Source: Terriglobia bacterium
Lineage (GTDB): Bacteria; Acidobacteriota; Terriglobia; 20CM-2-55-15
DNA length: 64,000 nucleotides
Direction of reading: 5' to 3'
Assembly: GCA_963664115.2 (NCBI GenBank)
Contig: CAXWPJ010000010.1
Location: 288,001-352,000 of the forward strand
The notes beneath the pieces are model-generated. The model had not been told where the DNA came from. It ran no database searches and was given only the letters and a program-made list of their open reading frames with translations. Shown here piece by piece: positions 49,371 through 58,479 of this stretch; position 1 is the first letter of the stretch, and the number at the start of each line of letters is the position of its first letter. A program made the position numbers and the translations under genes.

Positions 49371-50412
49371 TAACGCTTCCTTTCCCTTTCGGGATCGCTT
49401 CCAGTATCCGGCCTTTCAGTTCCGCAATGCCTTCTCCCACAAGCGCAGAAATTGCGATGTCGTGAGATCCAAGCTCAGGTTTGTGATCAATGTTGTCACA
49501 CTTGTTATAGACGCGAATCTGGGGATGCGTTTCACACGCCAGGTCCGTGAGAACCTCATCGACCGCTCGGATCTTGTCCGGATGATCCGGATCGGAGGCG
49601 TCGATGACGTGCAGGATCAGGTCTGATGCGGTCACTTCTTCCAGAGTGGCACGAAAGGCCGTTACCAGCTGGTGGGGCAGCTTCCTAATGAAACCTACGG
49701 TATCGGAAACCAGAACCTCGGTTCCGGCCCCTAGCCGAATCCGTCGAACGATGGGGTCCAGGGTTGCGAAGACCTGATTCGAAACAAGCGTGTCCTGACC
49801 CGACAGCCTTTCAAATAGAGTCGACTTACCGGCATTGGTATATCCAACCAGCGAAACGGTCGGCATATGGCTTCTCTTTCGCTGGGAACGGTGCAACTGG
49901 CGGTGTTTACGAACCTGCTCGATATCCCGGCTCAACTTGGACATCCGGCTCCGGAGGCGGCGGCGATCCACTTCGAGCTGGGTTTCGCCTGGCCCCCGCG
50001 TCCCGATACCTCCACCCAGCCTCGACAACAATTCGCCACGACCTGCCAGATGCGAGATGCGATAGCTCAGCTGAGCCAGTTCCACCTGGAGCTTGCCTTC
50101 CCGAGTCTGAGCGCGGCGGGAGAATATGTCCAGGATCAACCCGGTCCTGTCGATTACTTTCGTCTCGAGGAGACGCTCCAGGTTACGAACCTGGCTGGCG
50201 CTGAGTTCCTCGTCGAAAACAACCAGGTCGGCCTGTACCAGCAGGACTTCATCACGGACTTCAGCCGCTTTGCCTTTACCGACGAAGTACCGAGCGTCGG
50301 GCTGGTCCCGGTGCTGGACGAACTCGGCCACAACGCGGCCACCCGCGGCTGTAGTAAGTTCCCGGAGCTCGTCGAGGGACTCCAGTCCGACCAGAATCGC
50401 GGTTTCGCTCAT
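49330..50412 (-). CDS. hflX: GTPase HflX
   Basis: GIGTRGPGET, GYTNAGKS, FATLD, DTVGF, NKCD. Confidence 0.95.
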   Translation of the reverse strand: MSETAILVGLESLDELRELTTAAGGRVVAEFVQHRDQPDARYFVGKGKAAEVRDEVLLVQADLVVFDEELSASQVRNLERLLETKVIDRTGLILDIFSRRAQTREGKLQVELAQLSYRISHLAGRGELLSRLGGGIGTRGPGETQLEVDRRRLRSRMSKLSRDIEQVRKHRQLHRSQRKRSHMPTVSLVGYTNAGKSTLFERLSGQDTLVSNQVFATLDPIVRRIRLGAGTEVLVSDTVGFIRKLPHQLVTAFRATLEEVTASDLILHVIDASDPDHPDKIRAVDEVLTDLACETHPQIRVYNKCDNIDHKPELGSHDIAISALVGEGIAELKGRILEAIPKGKGSVNRKGAKTQRGKEP

Positions 50413-50526
50413 AGGGGACGGACACTCCTCGCTACATCTTCACCTGAAGACGGGGTTAGGGGACGGACACTTCCCCCTACAGCTTCACCTGAAGACGACG
50501 TGTCGATTGAAGTTGTCCGTCCCCTC
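50412..50526. repeat. Family E copy 3: two 45-bp direct repeats plus an inverted arm
   Basis: TAGGGGACGGACACT..CTACA.CTTCACCTGAAGACG at 50412 and 50457; GAAGTTGTCCGTCCCCT at 50509-50525. Confidence 0.75.
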
Positions 50527-50811
50527 TCACGGCGTCTCTTGCGGTGGAGGAGGCGGTGGAGGGGGCTCTCTCCGAGGTCCCTGAGAACGCGGAGGCGAAG
50601 ACCCCGGCCGGGAAGTCGTGACCGTCGAGATCGCGTGTTTGAAAATCAGCTGGTCCTGGTGATTCGCCTCCAGGATGACCGAGAACTTGTCGAAGCCCCG
50701 CAGCCGCCCCATGAGCTTCACACCGCTCATCAGAAAGATCGTCACGGGTATCTTTTCGCGACGCACGGTGTTGAGATAAACATCCTGGACATTTTGAGTT
50801 TTGTTTTCCAT
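50527..50811 (-). CDS. hfq: RNA chaperone Hfq with proline-rich tail
   Basis: [23 protein letters not shown]; miaA-hfq-hflX order. Confidence 0.95.
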   Translation of the reverse strand: MENKTQNVQDVYLNTVRREKIPVTIFLMSGVKLMGRLRGFDKFSVILEANHQDQLIFKHAISTVTTSRPGSSPPRSQGPRREPPPPPPPPQETP

Positions 50812-50859
50812 AAGGGAACCCCCCTAAAAAGTTGATCTGAAAAATCCGGAGATCGCGTC

Positions 50860-51852
50860 CTAATTCCCAAGCGATGGCTCGTTCAATTGCCTGGTCGTGA
50901 GAGACCCAGGAATCTGTCCGGAATTTCCAAATGCATGGTCAATATACCGATGGATTCGTTCTTTCATATCGTCTTCATTCCCGAATCCATCGAACCAGGT
51001 AACCGAATGTTGCTTCTTAAACCACGTCAGCTGGCGTTTCGCATACCGACGCGTCTCACGTCCAGTTAACATTATCGCCTCATCGAGTCCAATAGCGCCA
51101 TCAATGTATTCCAAAACCTGACGATATCCGATCGCTCGGAACGCGTTCGCCTCTGGCGCCACTCCACTCTCAAGAATCCGCTTAACTTCTTCAACCAGGC
51201 CAACTTTCCACATCCGCCGGACGCGTTCTTCTATCCGTTCATATAGGGCGGCGCGCGGTGGATCGAGACCGACGACACTGAAAGCGAAACCCTGGATAGG
51301 CCGCCGGGGCGCTCTATCCAAATGGGATGAAAGCTTCCGCCCCGTCGTGAGACGGACTTCAAGAGCGCGAATCACTTTCGGAAGATCCCGCGGTGCGATG
51401 CGCAGAGCCGTGGGAGGGTCCAGCCGTTCGAGCAGCGAATGGAGATACTCCCGCCCCTTTTCTCGAGCAATTACCTCCATGCGGTCACGCCAGTAGGTGG
51501 ATCGCTGCGGTCCGTCAAAAAGTCCCTCCATGACGGCCCTCAGATAGAGCCCCGTCCCCCCCACCAGTATCGGTAACTTGTTTCGCTTGCGAATGTCATC
51601 GAGGACCTCGCGGGCACGCCATTGGTATTCGCCGGCACTGAAACCCTCATCCGGTTCGAGGATATCGATCAGATGGTGAGGAACCCGACACTGCTCATCT
51701 TCCGAGGGCTTGGCCGTACCGATATCCAGATGGCGAAAGATCTGGAGGGAATCGTAATTGACAATCTCACCATCGAAGCCCTCGGCGAGGTACAGGGCGA
51801 GATCAGACTTTCCACTGGCGGTCGGACCCGCGATCGCTATCGCAGGATACAT
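50860..51852 (-). CDS. miaA: tRNA dimethylallyltransferase
   Basis: GPTASGKS, DSLQ, DIGTAKP, GGTGLY, YAKRQLTWF; upstream extension lies in element F4. Confidence 0.95.
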   Translation of the reverse strand: MYPAIAIAGPTASGKSDLALYLAEGFDGEIVNYDSLQIFRHLDIGTAKPSEDEQCRVPHHLIDILEPDEGFSAGEYQWRAREVLDDIRKRNKLPILVGGTGLYLRAVMEGLFDGPQRSTYWRDRMEVIAREKGREYLHSLLERLDPPTALRIAPRDLPKVIRALEVRLTTGRKLSSHLDRAPRRPIQGFAFSVVGLDPPRAALYERIEERVRRMWKVGLVEEVKRILESGVAPEANAFRAIGYRQVLEYIDGAIGLDEAIMLTGRETRRYAKRQLTWFKKQHSVTWFDGFGNEDDMKERIHRYIDHAFGNSGQIPGSLTTRQLNEPSLGN

Positions 51853-51854
51853 GC

Positions 51855-52127
51855 GAGTGTTCCGACTTAAAACTGCATTACTCGATAGATTTGCCATCTT
51901 CCGAACCGAAGCGATCATTTTATTCCACCGACGCCTCGGCTCCGCCTCGTTGTCCACCCGCACCGTCGGACCGGTGCGGGTTGTTTTGGGAACTGCTTCA
52001 ATTTTCCATCGATGCCTATTGGCCTCGCCATCAGGATGATGGCGAGGGTCGCCGGTCGTTCAGACAGGATGTCTGATCGAACGACCGAGCGAAATCTTAT
52101 GTCGCAAACTTCTGATTCGCGACACTC
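51855..52127 (-). mobile_element. Family F hairpin element copy F4 (apparently full length, 273 bp)
   Basis: Reverse-complement of the F2/F3 motifs; imperfect ends GAGTGTTCCGA / TCGCGACACTC; fills the gap between the SpoIID-like gene and miaA. Confidence 0.75.
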
Positions 52128-53870
52128 TTAATAGACCCTTTCTATCTCAATTCCCCGGTAGTAGGTCTTCAGAATTTCTTCGGCAGAAGCACCGTCGATC
52201 GCCATGCCATAGGCCCCTACCTGACACAGACCGACACCATGTCCCCAACCGCCTCCAAAGAAGCTCATTCCCAACAGCTCGCGATCGGCATTGCGTTCTT
52301 CGTCGATGTACACAAGGCTGTCGCGCAGACTGAAAAGTGTTCGCAGGCGGGAGCCTTCGATAACGCGCTCCCCATCCGTCCCTCGCACTTCGACCCGCAG
52401 GGCCCGGTTCGAGGGCCCCCGGGAAAGGATGACGATGTCATCCAGGTTCCCGATGTTGAGCGCACGGATTGCCTGATCCAGTTCTTCGCTGCTCCGATGA
52501 GTCTGCCAGTTGGCCAGGGGCGAGTAACGATCCGCTGCCGGACTCATCGGGCCGGAACGGTACACGAGTGCTTCGATCCGGTCGTCTATGATGCGCAGTT
52601 CCATGCTTTCACCGCCCAACCAAACCCCCTGATCCACAGGGATTCTCTCATCGCCAATTCTTCTGAAAACGGCCGCGTCGGGGGCCAGACTCAGTTGGCG
52701 GATTTCGGCACCGATGCGAGTTTCGAAAACTTCCCCATCCCAGTGGATCAACCGGGCATCCTGCCATTCGAATACGTTCTTTCTCAGCAGCAGCCGGAGA
52801 AGGACATCCTGCATCCGGTTCTCATCCGTCGTCGACAACACACCTTGTTCCTGCAGAAACAGGAGATCGGATTCGGCGGGTACGGTTGGAAAGAATTGGC
52901 TTTTGATGAATGACGCCAGCTCCTCCGCGCTCGTGCCGGAAGGAGAATCCACATTGGTGATCCCCAGGAACCGGCCTGCAGAGGCAAAGTCATCCACTCC
53001 GGCGATACCCAGCAAGCCCTCTTCCCAGTTTCTGTAAACAGTCGTCGACTCGAACGGTTGAGGGTCGGGATGTTCGTAGTGGCAGATCGTCGATACGAGA
53101 TAGGGCACGGCCTCGCCAAAAACGTTTTCCGCGTCCTCGGTCCGGCCACCGCAGGTCGAGCTGTACAGCGCGTTGATCGGCTCTCCCTCGTAAGTCGCAA
53201 TCTGGCCCCGCGTTTCTTCGATCGCCTGAGTGGCGAGAGGATGCTCGGTGTCGAGTCCTCCATAGACCTGGCAGAAATCCGTGTCACAGATATCGAATCC
53301 CTCGTCTTCGAATTGTCCAAGATTTCGGACGATGTAGGTTCTTGCCGCCACGGACTGAGCTTTCAGGGCCTCAAGCTCAGGAAAGGTATTCGGACCGAGT
53401 TCGTTGGGGACCACGCCCAGCAAATACGCCTCCAGGGGTAATTCATTGACGAGCGTCAGCGACCCGCGAGAAGTGCCCCGAACCTCAAGACCACCGCGAT
53501 AGGCACTACCGTCGACTCGGAGGGGGGCGTCACCGGGTTCGACACGGATCGCAGTCGAGGGGTCCATAGGCCGCAGGAATACGCGCTCGTCGTCGGTTTC
53601 GACCCCGATACGCGTTTCCAGGTCGTCTCTGTTGAACGGGCCCTCACCCTGAGCAAGGGCAATCACGATCAAAAATTCCGCCCGCCGTGTGGAGATCCCC
53701 TCGATCACAAAGGGAGCACTTGAACTCAGTGTGAATCCCTCAACGTTGCGCTCAATGCCGATCCGTACGGTTGGCTCCGCAGGTAGCGAGACCTGCGACA
53801 ACAGCACAAACCCTAACAACAACCGCAACCGGCCCAATCCCCCGATGCCTCTAACTTTCAACATTTTCAT
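52128..53870 (-). CDS. SpoIID/LytB domain protein
   Basis: LEAYLLGVVPNE, ALKAQSVAARTY, CQVYGG, GWGHGVGLCQVGA. Confidence 0.9.
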   Translation of the reverse strand: MKMLKVRGIGGLGRLRLLLGFVLLSQVSLPAEPTVRIGIERNVEGFTLSSSAPFVIEGISTRRAEFLIVIALAQGEGPFNRDDLETRIGVETDDERVFLRPMDPSTAIRVEPGDAPLRVDGSAYRGGLEVRGTSRGSLTLVNELPLEAYLLGVVPNELGPNTFPELEALKAQSVAARTYIVRNLGQFEDEGFDICDTDFCQVYGGLDTEHPLATQAIEETRGQIATYEGEPINALYSSTCGGRTEDAENVFGEAVPYLVSTICHYEHPDPQPFESTTVYRNWEEGLLGIAGVDDFASAGRFLGITNVDSPSGTSAEELASFIKSQFFPTVPAESDLLFLQEQGVLSTTDENRMQDVLLRLLLRKNVFEWQDARLIHWDGEVFETRIGAEIRQLSLAPDAAVFRRIGDERIPVDQGVWLGGESMELRIIDDRIEALVYRSGPMSPAADRYSPLANWQTHRSSEELDQAIRALNIGNLDDIVILSRGPSNRALRVEVRGTDGERVIEGSRLRTLFSLRDSLVYIDEERNADRELLGMSFFGGGWGHGVGLCQVGAYGMAIDGASAEEILKTYYRGIEIERVY

Positions 53871-53876
53871 TTTTTC

Positions 53877-54044
53877 ACCGCAAAGGCGCAAAGACGCAAA
53901 GAATAAGAACAGCTAGGCTGTGTACGTTTCAACGAAATACACTTCAGTGCGGTCCCAACAAAATTATTGCTAACCCAATAACCTCTGTCCGAGCTAGACG
54001 TACGCAGCCTAGTTCGATCTTTTCTTCCTTTGCGTCTTTGCGGT
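53877..54044 (+). mobile_element. Family A element copy A6
   Basis: Periodic ends; core TCCCAACAAAATTATTGCTAACCCAA..GAGCTAGACGT. Confidence 0.8.
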
Positions 54045-54059
54045 AAATCTTCCCGTCCA

Positions 54060-55163
54060 TTAACTCATGTTGTAGAGGAACGTGAACTGCAACACGATCT
54101 GATTGTCGTCAAAATCGTCGGGTAAGCGCGGAAATGGATTCGAGGCTGTAATCGCTGCCGTCGCGGCGCGGTCCAGAGACAGCGTTCCCGAATCCGCCAC
54201 AAGTCGCAAATCCGTCACATCACCGTTCTCGGTGATCGTGAAGATCAATACGACCCGTCCCCGGTTTTGCCTCAACCGCGCGGCCTCCGGGATCAACGAA
54301 TACCAGTTCACTCGCACCCGATTGACAACCTGATTCATGTACGGCCCGAAGTCGTAGCCGCGCGTGTCCGACAAGATGGTCGGATCTTCGGTCGTAAAAT
54401 CGGGAATTTCAGGGACACCCTGTTGTGCTCTGGGACGGCGGCCATCGGCAGCCACGCGCCGTTCCTCGGCCAGGTTCTCTTCAACAATGCTCTCAGCGCG
54501 CTCCCTGAGATTAGGCAACAGGAGCGCATTGGGGTTCGTGTTTTCGGTGAGTTCAGTCAGGTCCTCTCCAGAGGCAATATCGGGCTCTCCGGCCTCAGCC
54601 TCCGCCAGAGCCTCCTCGATCTCCAAATCCCCGAATTCCCCCTCTTCAGCGGTCTCGCCCGCATCCGGATCGGTTTCAGCGATCACCAGATTGTCCGGAC
54701 GGTCCGGGGCTGGAGGCGTCAACTCCGCTTCAGGCACTGCATCTGGACGCGCCCCTTCAGTAATCACGTCGTCGGGACCGATGATTGGAGGCGGCGGTAT
54801 AGGGACTTCCGGCTGTTCTTCCGATTCCTCGGGCGGCGGGGGTGGCGGTGGGGGTGCGGCTTCCAGCACGGACGGGGCTTCGATTTCGGGTACGGGCTCA
54901 AGCTCCGCAACCTGGGGCGGCTCCTCCGGTGCCACGATGTCTTCGGGCGCCAGGATGAGGTCGTACTGTTCGAAGCGGTCGCGGTCAAACTCCTGGCCCG
55001 CGATACGGATGATGCGCAGCGGTGTGCTCCTCAAGAACTCAGGGTTGAAGAACACAAACAGAAACAGCAGCGCATGCACACCGATCGACAGACTCACACT
55101 TCGCCGCCGATCGAACCCGAATTCGGGTTTGTTCGTCAGCTGAAATTGGAGTTCATGTTTCAA
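54060..55163 (-). CDS. TonB/TolA-like protein
   Basis: S..VH TM anchor, Pro/Glu-rich linker, TonB C-terminal fold (LDRAATAAI..PFPRLP). Confidence 0.8.
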   Translation of the reverse strand: MKHELQFQLTNKPEFGFDRRRSVSLSIGVHALLFLFVFFNPEFLRSTPLRIIRIAGQEFDRDRFEQYDLILAPEDIVAPEEPPQVAELEPVPEIEAPSVLEAAPPPPPPPPEESEEQPEVPIPPPPIIGPDDVITEGARPDAVPEAELTPPAPDRPDNLVIAETDPDAGETAEEGEFGDLEIEEALAEAEAGEPDIASGEDLTELTENTNPNALLLPNLRERAESIVEENLAEERRVAADGRRPRAQQGVPEIPDFTTEDPTILSDTRGYDFGPYMNQVVNRVRVNWYSLIPEAARLRQNRGRVVLIFTITENGDVTDLRLVADSGTLSLDRAATAAITASNPFPRLPDDFDDNQIVLQFTFLYNMS

Positions 55164-56101
55164 TTTCGCACGGCCGCCTCGGTTCGGGACCAGTGTGCCT
55201 GGATTTTATCAAGGACAGACATAGCCACGTCCAGCGCTTTCACTCCGTCGTCGCCACTGACACGCGGGGGTTGCCTGTCTCGAACTGACGAAGCAAACGC
55301 CGCTAACTGCAGCTTGAGCGGTTCGGCCACCTCCGGTTCGAGCTTCTTCTCACTGATACGTCCGCCGTCTAAAGAAAGGACGGAGCCTGTCTGAGACGCA
55401 TAATCGAGGGAAACATAGTCATGTGGCTGAAAAAAACGCAGCTTGCGGACCGAATCCGTGCTGACCCTGCTTGCCGTCATGTTGGCGACACAGCCGTCCT
55501 CGAATTCCAAGCGAACGTTCGCGATGTCGGCTTTGTCGGACAGAACCGGAATGCCAACGGCACGGATCTCGGACACCGGAGACTCGACGAGCGCCAACAC
55601 GATGTCGATGTCGTGAATCATCAGGTCGAGAACGACATCAACATCGAGGCTCCTCATGGAAAACTTGTTCAAACGATGGACTTCGAAAAACTGCGGCCGG
55701 GTCGCCACCTTGGAGGCGGCTTCGACAACGGGATTGAAACGTTCCACATGGCCGACCTGAAGAATACAACCCTTCTCATCCGCGATCCGAGTCATCGCCC
55801 GTGCCTGATCCCCGTCCCCCGCGATCGGTTTCTCGACCAACACGTCCAGACCACGCTCCAGACAATCAATCCCGATTGATGCATGCAGTTGGGTGGGTAC
55901 CGCGATACTGACGGCATCGACCTGTGACAACATATCTGTGTAATCGACAAAGGCCCGGGCTCCATACTGGGACCCAATCGATTCAGCTCGGTCGGCAAGC
56001 ACGTCCGCCACACCCACCAATTCGACATCGTCCAACTCAGAGTAAATCCGGGCGTGATGCTTACCCAGATGCCCAACCCCGATTACGCCAACCTTTAACA
56101 T
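55160..56101 (-). CDS. Gfo/Idh/MocA oxidoreductase (GnnA-like candidate)
   Basis: GVGHLG, EKP, GHVERFNP, DLMIHDID; next to lpxA-lpxI. Confidence 0.85.
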   Translation of the reverse strand: MLKVGVIGVGHLGKHHARIYSELDDVELVGVADVLADRAESIGSQYGARAFVDYTDMLSQVDAVSIAVPTQLHASIGIDCLERGLDVLVEKPIAGDGDQARAMTRIADEKGCILQVGHVERFNPVVEAASKVATRPQFFEVHRLNKFSMRSLDVDVVLDLMIHDIDIVLALVESPVSEIRAVGIPVLSDKADIANVRLEFEDGCVANMTASRVSTDSVRKLRFFQPHDYVSLDYASQTGSVLSLDGGRISEKKLEPEVAEPLKLQLAAFASSVRDRQPPRVSGDDGVKALDVAMSVLDKIQAHWSRTEAAVRN

Positions 56102-56127
56102 ATTCAAACCACTACAAAGAGTTTTTC

Positions 56128-56305
56128 ACCGCAAAGACGCAAAGGCGCAAAGGAAAATGAAGAGATCCACTGTGTAAAATTCCTCGAAATGAACCTGCCA
56201 TGGGTTCCCAACAACTGTGTTGCTAACCCAACTGTTTCTGGCCGAGCTAGACGTAGGCAATCTAGTTTCGTCTTTTCTTTCTTTGCGTCTTTGCGCCTTT
56301 GCGGT
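56128..56305 (+). mobile_element. Family A element copy A7
   Basis: Three CGCAAAG units at each end; core TTCCCAACAACTGTGTTGCTAACCCAACT. Confidence 0.8.
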
Positions 56306-56317
56306 AAAAACATCCGC

Positions 56318-57133
56318 TTACTCCACCGCCACGATGGTGATGTTGTTTTCGTCGGCGGTGCGGATCAGATCGTCGCGATCGATCATCAGCGTCTTGCGGG
56401 CTTCTATGGCCAGGGCTGTGACCTTTGATTCCACCATGATTGTCAGCGTGCCGGGTCCCACAACAGGTACGTCGAAACGCAGGTCCTGGTTGGGCTTCGC
56501 CAACTTCACTACGGCCAACCCCTGCCCGTTGACCAGCGAGGCCGCGCGTCGAATAACGGCGTCGGTGCCCTCCATAGCCTCCAGGGCCACGCACGCGCCA
56601 TCGCACACAACGACGGACTGCCCGAGATCAAGCCGCCCCAACTCCCGGGCAACACGAAAGCCATAATCCAGATTCTGTTGCTCGTCTCCGGAAGGGGCTC
56701 TCGCCGTCAATACCCCGGCGTCCGGCAATAAGGGCTCCAGAAATGCCGTTGAATCCATAAGCTCGATGCCCTCGTCCGCCAGAACACGCGCCACTCCCCC
56801 TATCAGGGAGTCCGTCGATTTCGTCGCCAACCCAGCCAACAGCTGGATCATTTTCAGATCGGGAACAATGCCACTGAAAATCTGCTTGTGCTTTACCTGA
56901 CCGGCCATCACCGCGCGGCTCACGCCTTCAGACTTAAAGGTCTTGATCAACTTACCCAACTGCCCAAGCGACATCCAATGAACGATTTGAGCCTTCTCTT
57001 CGATCTCCGGAAACGTCTCTTCCTTGATCGCTGCAACCACCATGGCGATGCCCTGACTGCGTGCCGCCTCCAGGACAAGGAAGGGGAAGCGGCCGTTCCC
57101 CGCAATGAGCCCGACCTTACTTGACGATCCCAC
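56318..57133 (-). CDS. lpxI: UDP-2,3-diacylglucosamine diphosphatase LpxI
   Basis: GLIAGNGRFP, DLGQSVV, EAMEGTD, QDLRFDVP; start uncertain. Confidence 0.9.
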   Translation of the reverse strand: MGSSSKVGLIAGNGRFPFLVLEAARSQGIAMVVAAIKEETFPEIEEKAQIVHWMSLGQLGKLIKTFKSEGVSRAVMAGQVKHKQIFSGIVPDLKMIQLLAGLATKSTDSLIGGVARVLADEGIELMDSTAFLEPLLPDAGVLTARAPSGDEQQNLDYGFRVARELGRLDLGQSVVVCDGACVALEAMEGTDAVIRRAASLVNGQGLAVVKLAKPNQDLRFDVPVVGPGTLTIMVESKVTALAIEARKTLMIDRDDLIRTADENNITIVAVE

Positions 57134-57920
57134 GGTCCGACTTCTCGATGAAATCAATGACGATCTGCGCTTCAGCAGAATCAAGCTCGCGACCGATGGC
57201 CTCGACTGCCTGCGTGGTGTTCAACTTCGATTGCAGCAGCAGGCGGAAAGCTTTCTTGATGCTCCCGATTTGGTCGGGCAAAAAGCCCTTCCGCTCAAGA
57301 CCGATGGTGTTCACGCCGAACGCCTTGGTGTTTCTAGAGCTGACAGATTTCGAGAACGGCAGGACGTCCTTGGTAATGACGGAATACCCTCCCACGTACG
57401 CATGAAATCCAACGCGACAGTACTGATGGACGCCAGAAAAGGCTCCGATCGTGGCATGATCCTCTATCGTGACGTGTCCGGCGAGCGTCGCCGCGTTTGC
57501 CAGGATGATGTCGTTGCCCAAGAGACAATCGTGAGCAACATGGGCGTACACCATCAGAAAATTTCTATCGCCGATTCGGGTTTCTCCGCCGCCACCCGCA
57601 GTTCCTCGATGAAGATTGACGTATTCCCGGAAAATGTTGTCGTTCCCGATGGTCAAAGTCGTTTCTTCGCCACCGTGTTTGAGATCCTGAGGTTCGAGGC
57701 CGATCGTGGCGAACGGGTAAAACCTGTTGTTGGCGCCGATTTCGGTCGGGCCCTCGACAACAACGTGGGAGTCGAAGCGGCAACCGGGTCCGATCCTGAC
57801 GCCGCCGCCAATCGTCGAAAAGGGTCCGATGTACACGTCGGCGGCGATGACCGCGTCGGGGCTGACAACGGCACTGGAATGGATGTCGGGAGCTCTCTCT
57901 TGGAGGGGTCTGCTCTTCAC
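57117..57920 (-). CDS. lpxA: UDP-GlcNAc acyltransferase
   Basis: Hexapeptide repeats, PQDLK, HRGT, HVAHDC, LAGHV, VHQY. Confidence 0.95.
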   Translation of the reverse strand: MKSRPLQERAPDIHSSAVVSPDAVIAADVYIGPFSTIGGGVRIGPGCRFDSHVVVEGPTEIGANNRFYPFATIGLEPQDLKHGGEETTLTIGNDNIFREYVNLHRGTAGGGGETRIGDRNFLMVYAHVAHDCLLGNDIILANAATLAGHVTIEDHATIGAFSGVHQYCRVGFHAYVGGYSVITKDVLPFSKSVSSRNTKAFGVNTIGLERKGFLPDQIGSIKKAFRLLLQSKLNTTQAVEAIGRELDSAEAQIVIDFIEKSDRGIVK

Positions 57921-58450
57921 GGCTGCTTCCCGACCGATGACAGCAACGTGGCTTCGGCCGCCAGCTCATCCCCGACATGAACCTGACCTCGCATCTTCCA
58001 TATCGTGGCTCTTCTCCGGATGATTTCGCCCGAGATGCGCAGTTGGTCCCCTGGAACGATGGGGCGGCGAAACTTGGCTCCATCGATACCCATGAAGTAG
58101 ACCAGGGAGTTTTCTATATCGGATTCTTCGAGCAGACCCAGAATTGCACCGACCTGGGCCATGCATTCAATGGTGAGAACTCCGGGCATGACCGGAGCGG
58201 TAGGAAAATGGCCGACAAAAAAGGGTTCGTTGATCGTGACGTTTTTGAGCGCCACGATGCGACGCCCCCGCTCGACCTCCACAACCCGATCAACCATCAG
58301 GAAAGGGTAGCGGTGCGGAAGGATCCGCATTATTTCGGCGATTCGCAGCTCCAAAGTTTCTCCTGACGCCCCCTCGCCTGTCTCAGTCCATCCGGCGTTC
58401 GGGTTCTGGGTATGGACAAATCGCTGGCTCTGCCCAACCCCAGCCTGCAA
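57917..58450 (-). CDS. fabZ: 3-hydroxyacyl-ACP dehydratase
   Basis: LPHRYPFL, GHFP, PGVLTIECMAQ; start uncertain. Confidence 0.95.
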   Translation of the reverse strand: MQAGVGQSQRFVHTQNPNAGWTETGEGASGETLELRIAEIMRILPHRYPFLMVDRVVEVERGRRIVALKNVTINEPFFVGHFPTAPVMPGVLTIECMAQVGAILGLLEESDIENSLVYFMGIDGAKFRRPIVPGDQLRISGEIIRRRATIWKMRGQVHVGDELAAEATLLSSVGKQP

Positions 58451-58479
58451 GGCCAGCCACCCCGCAGCTAAAACCTTTC

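Noticed and set aside
50412-50526. Two direct repeats resembling a mini CRISPR array
   Set aside because: The whole 45-bp unit is duplicated with no unique spacer, the third arm is inverted, and no cas genes are present
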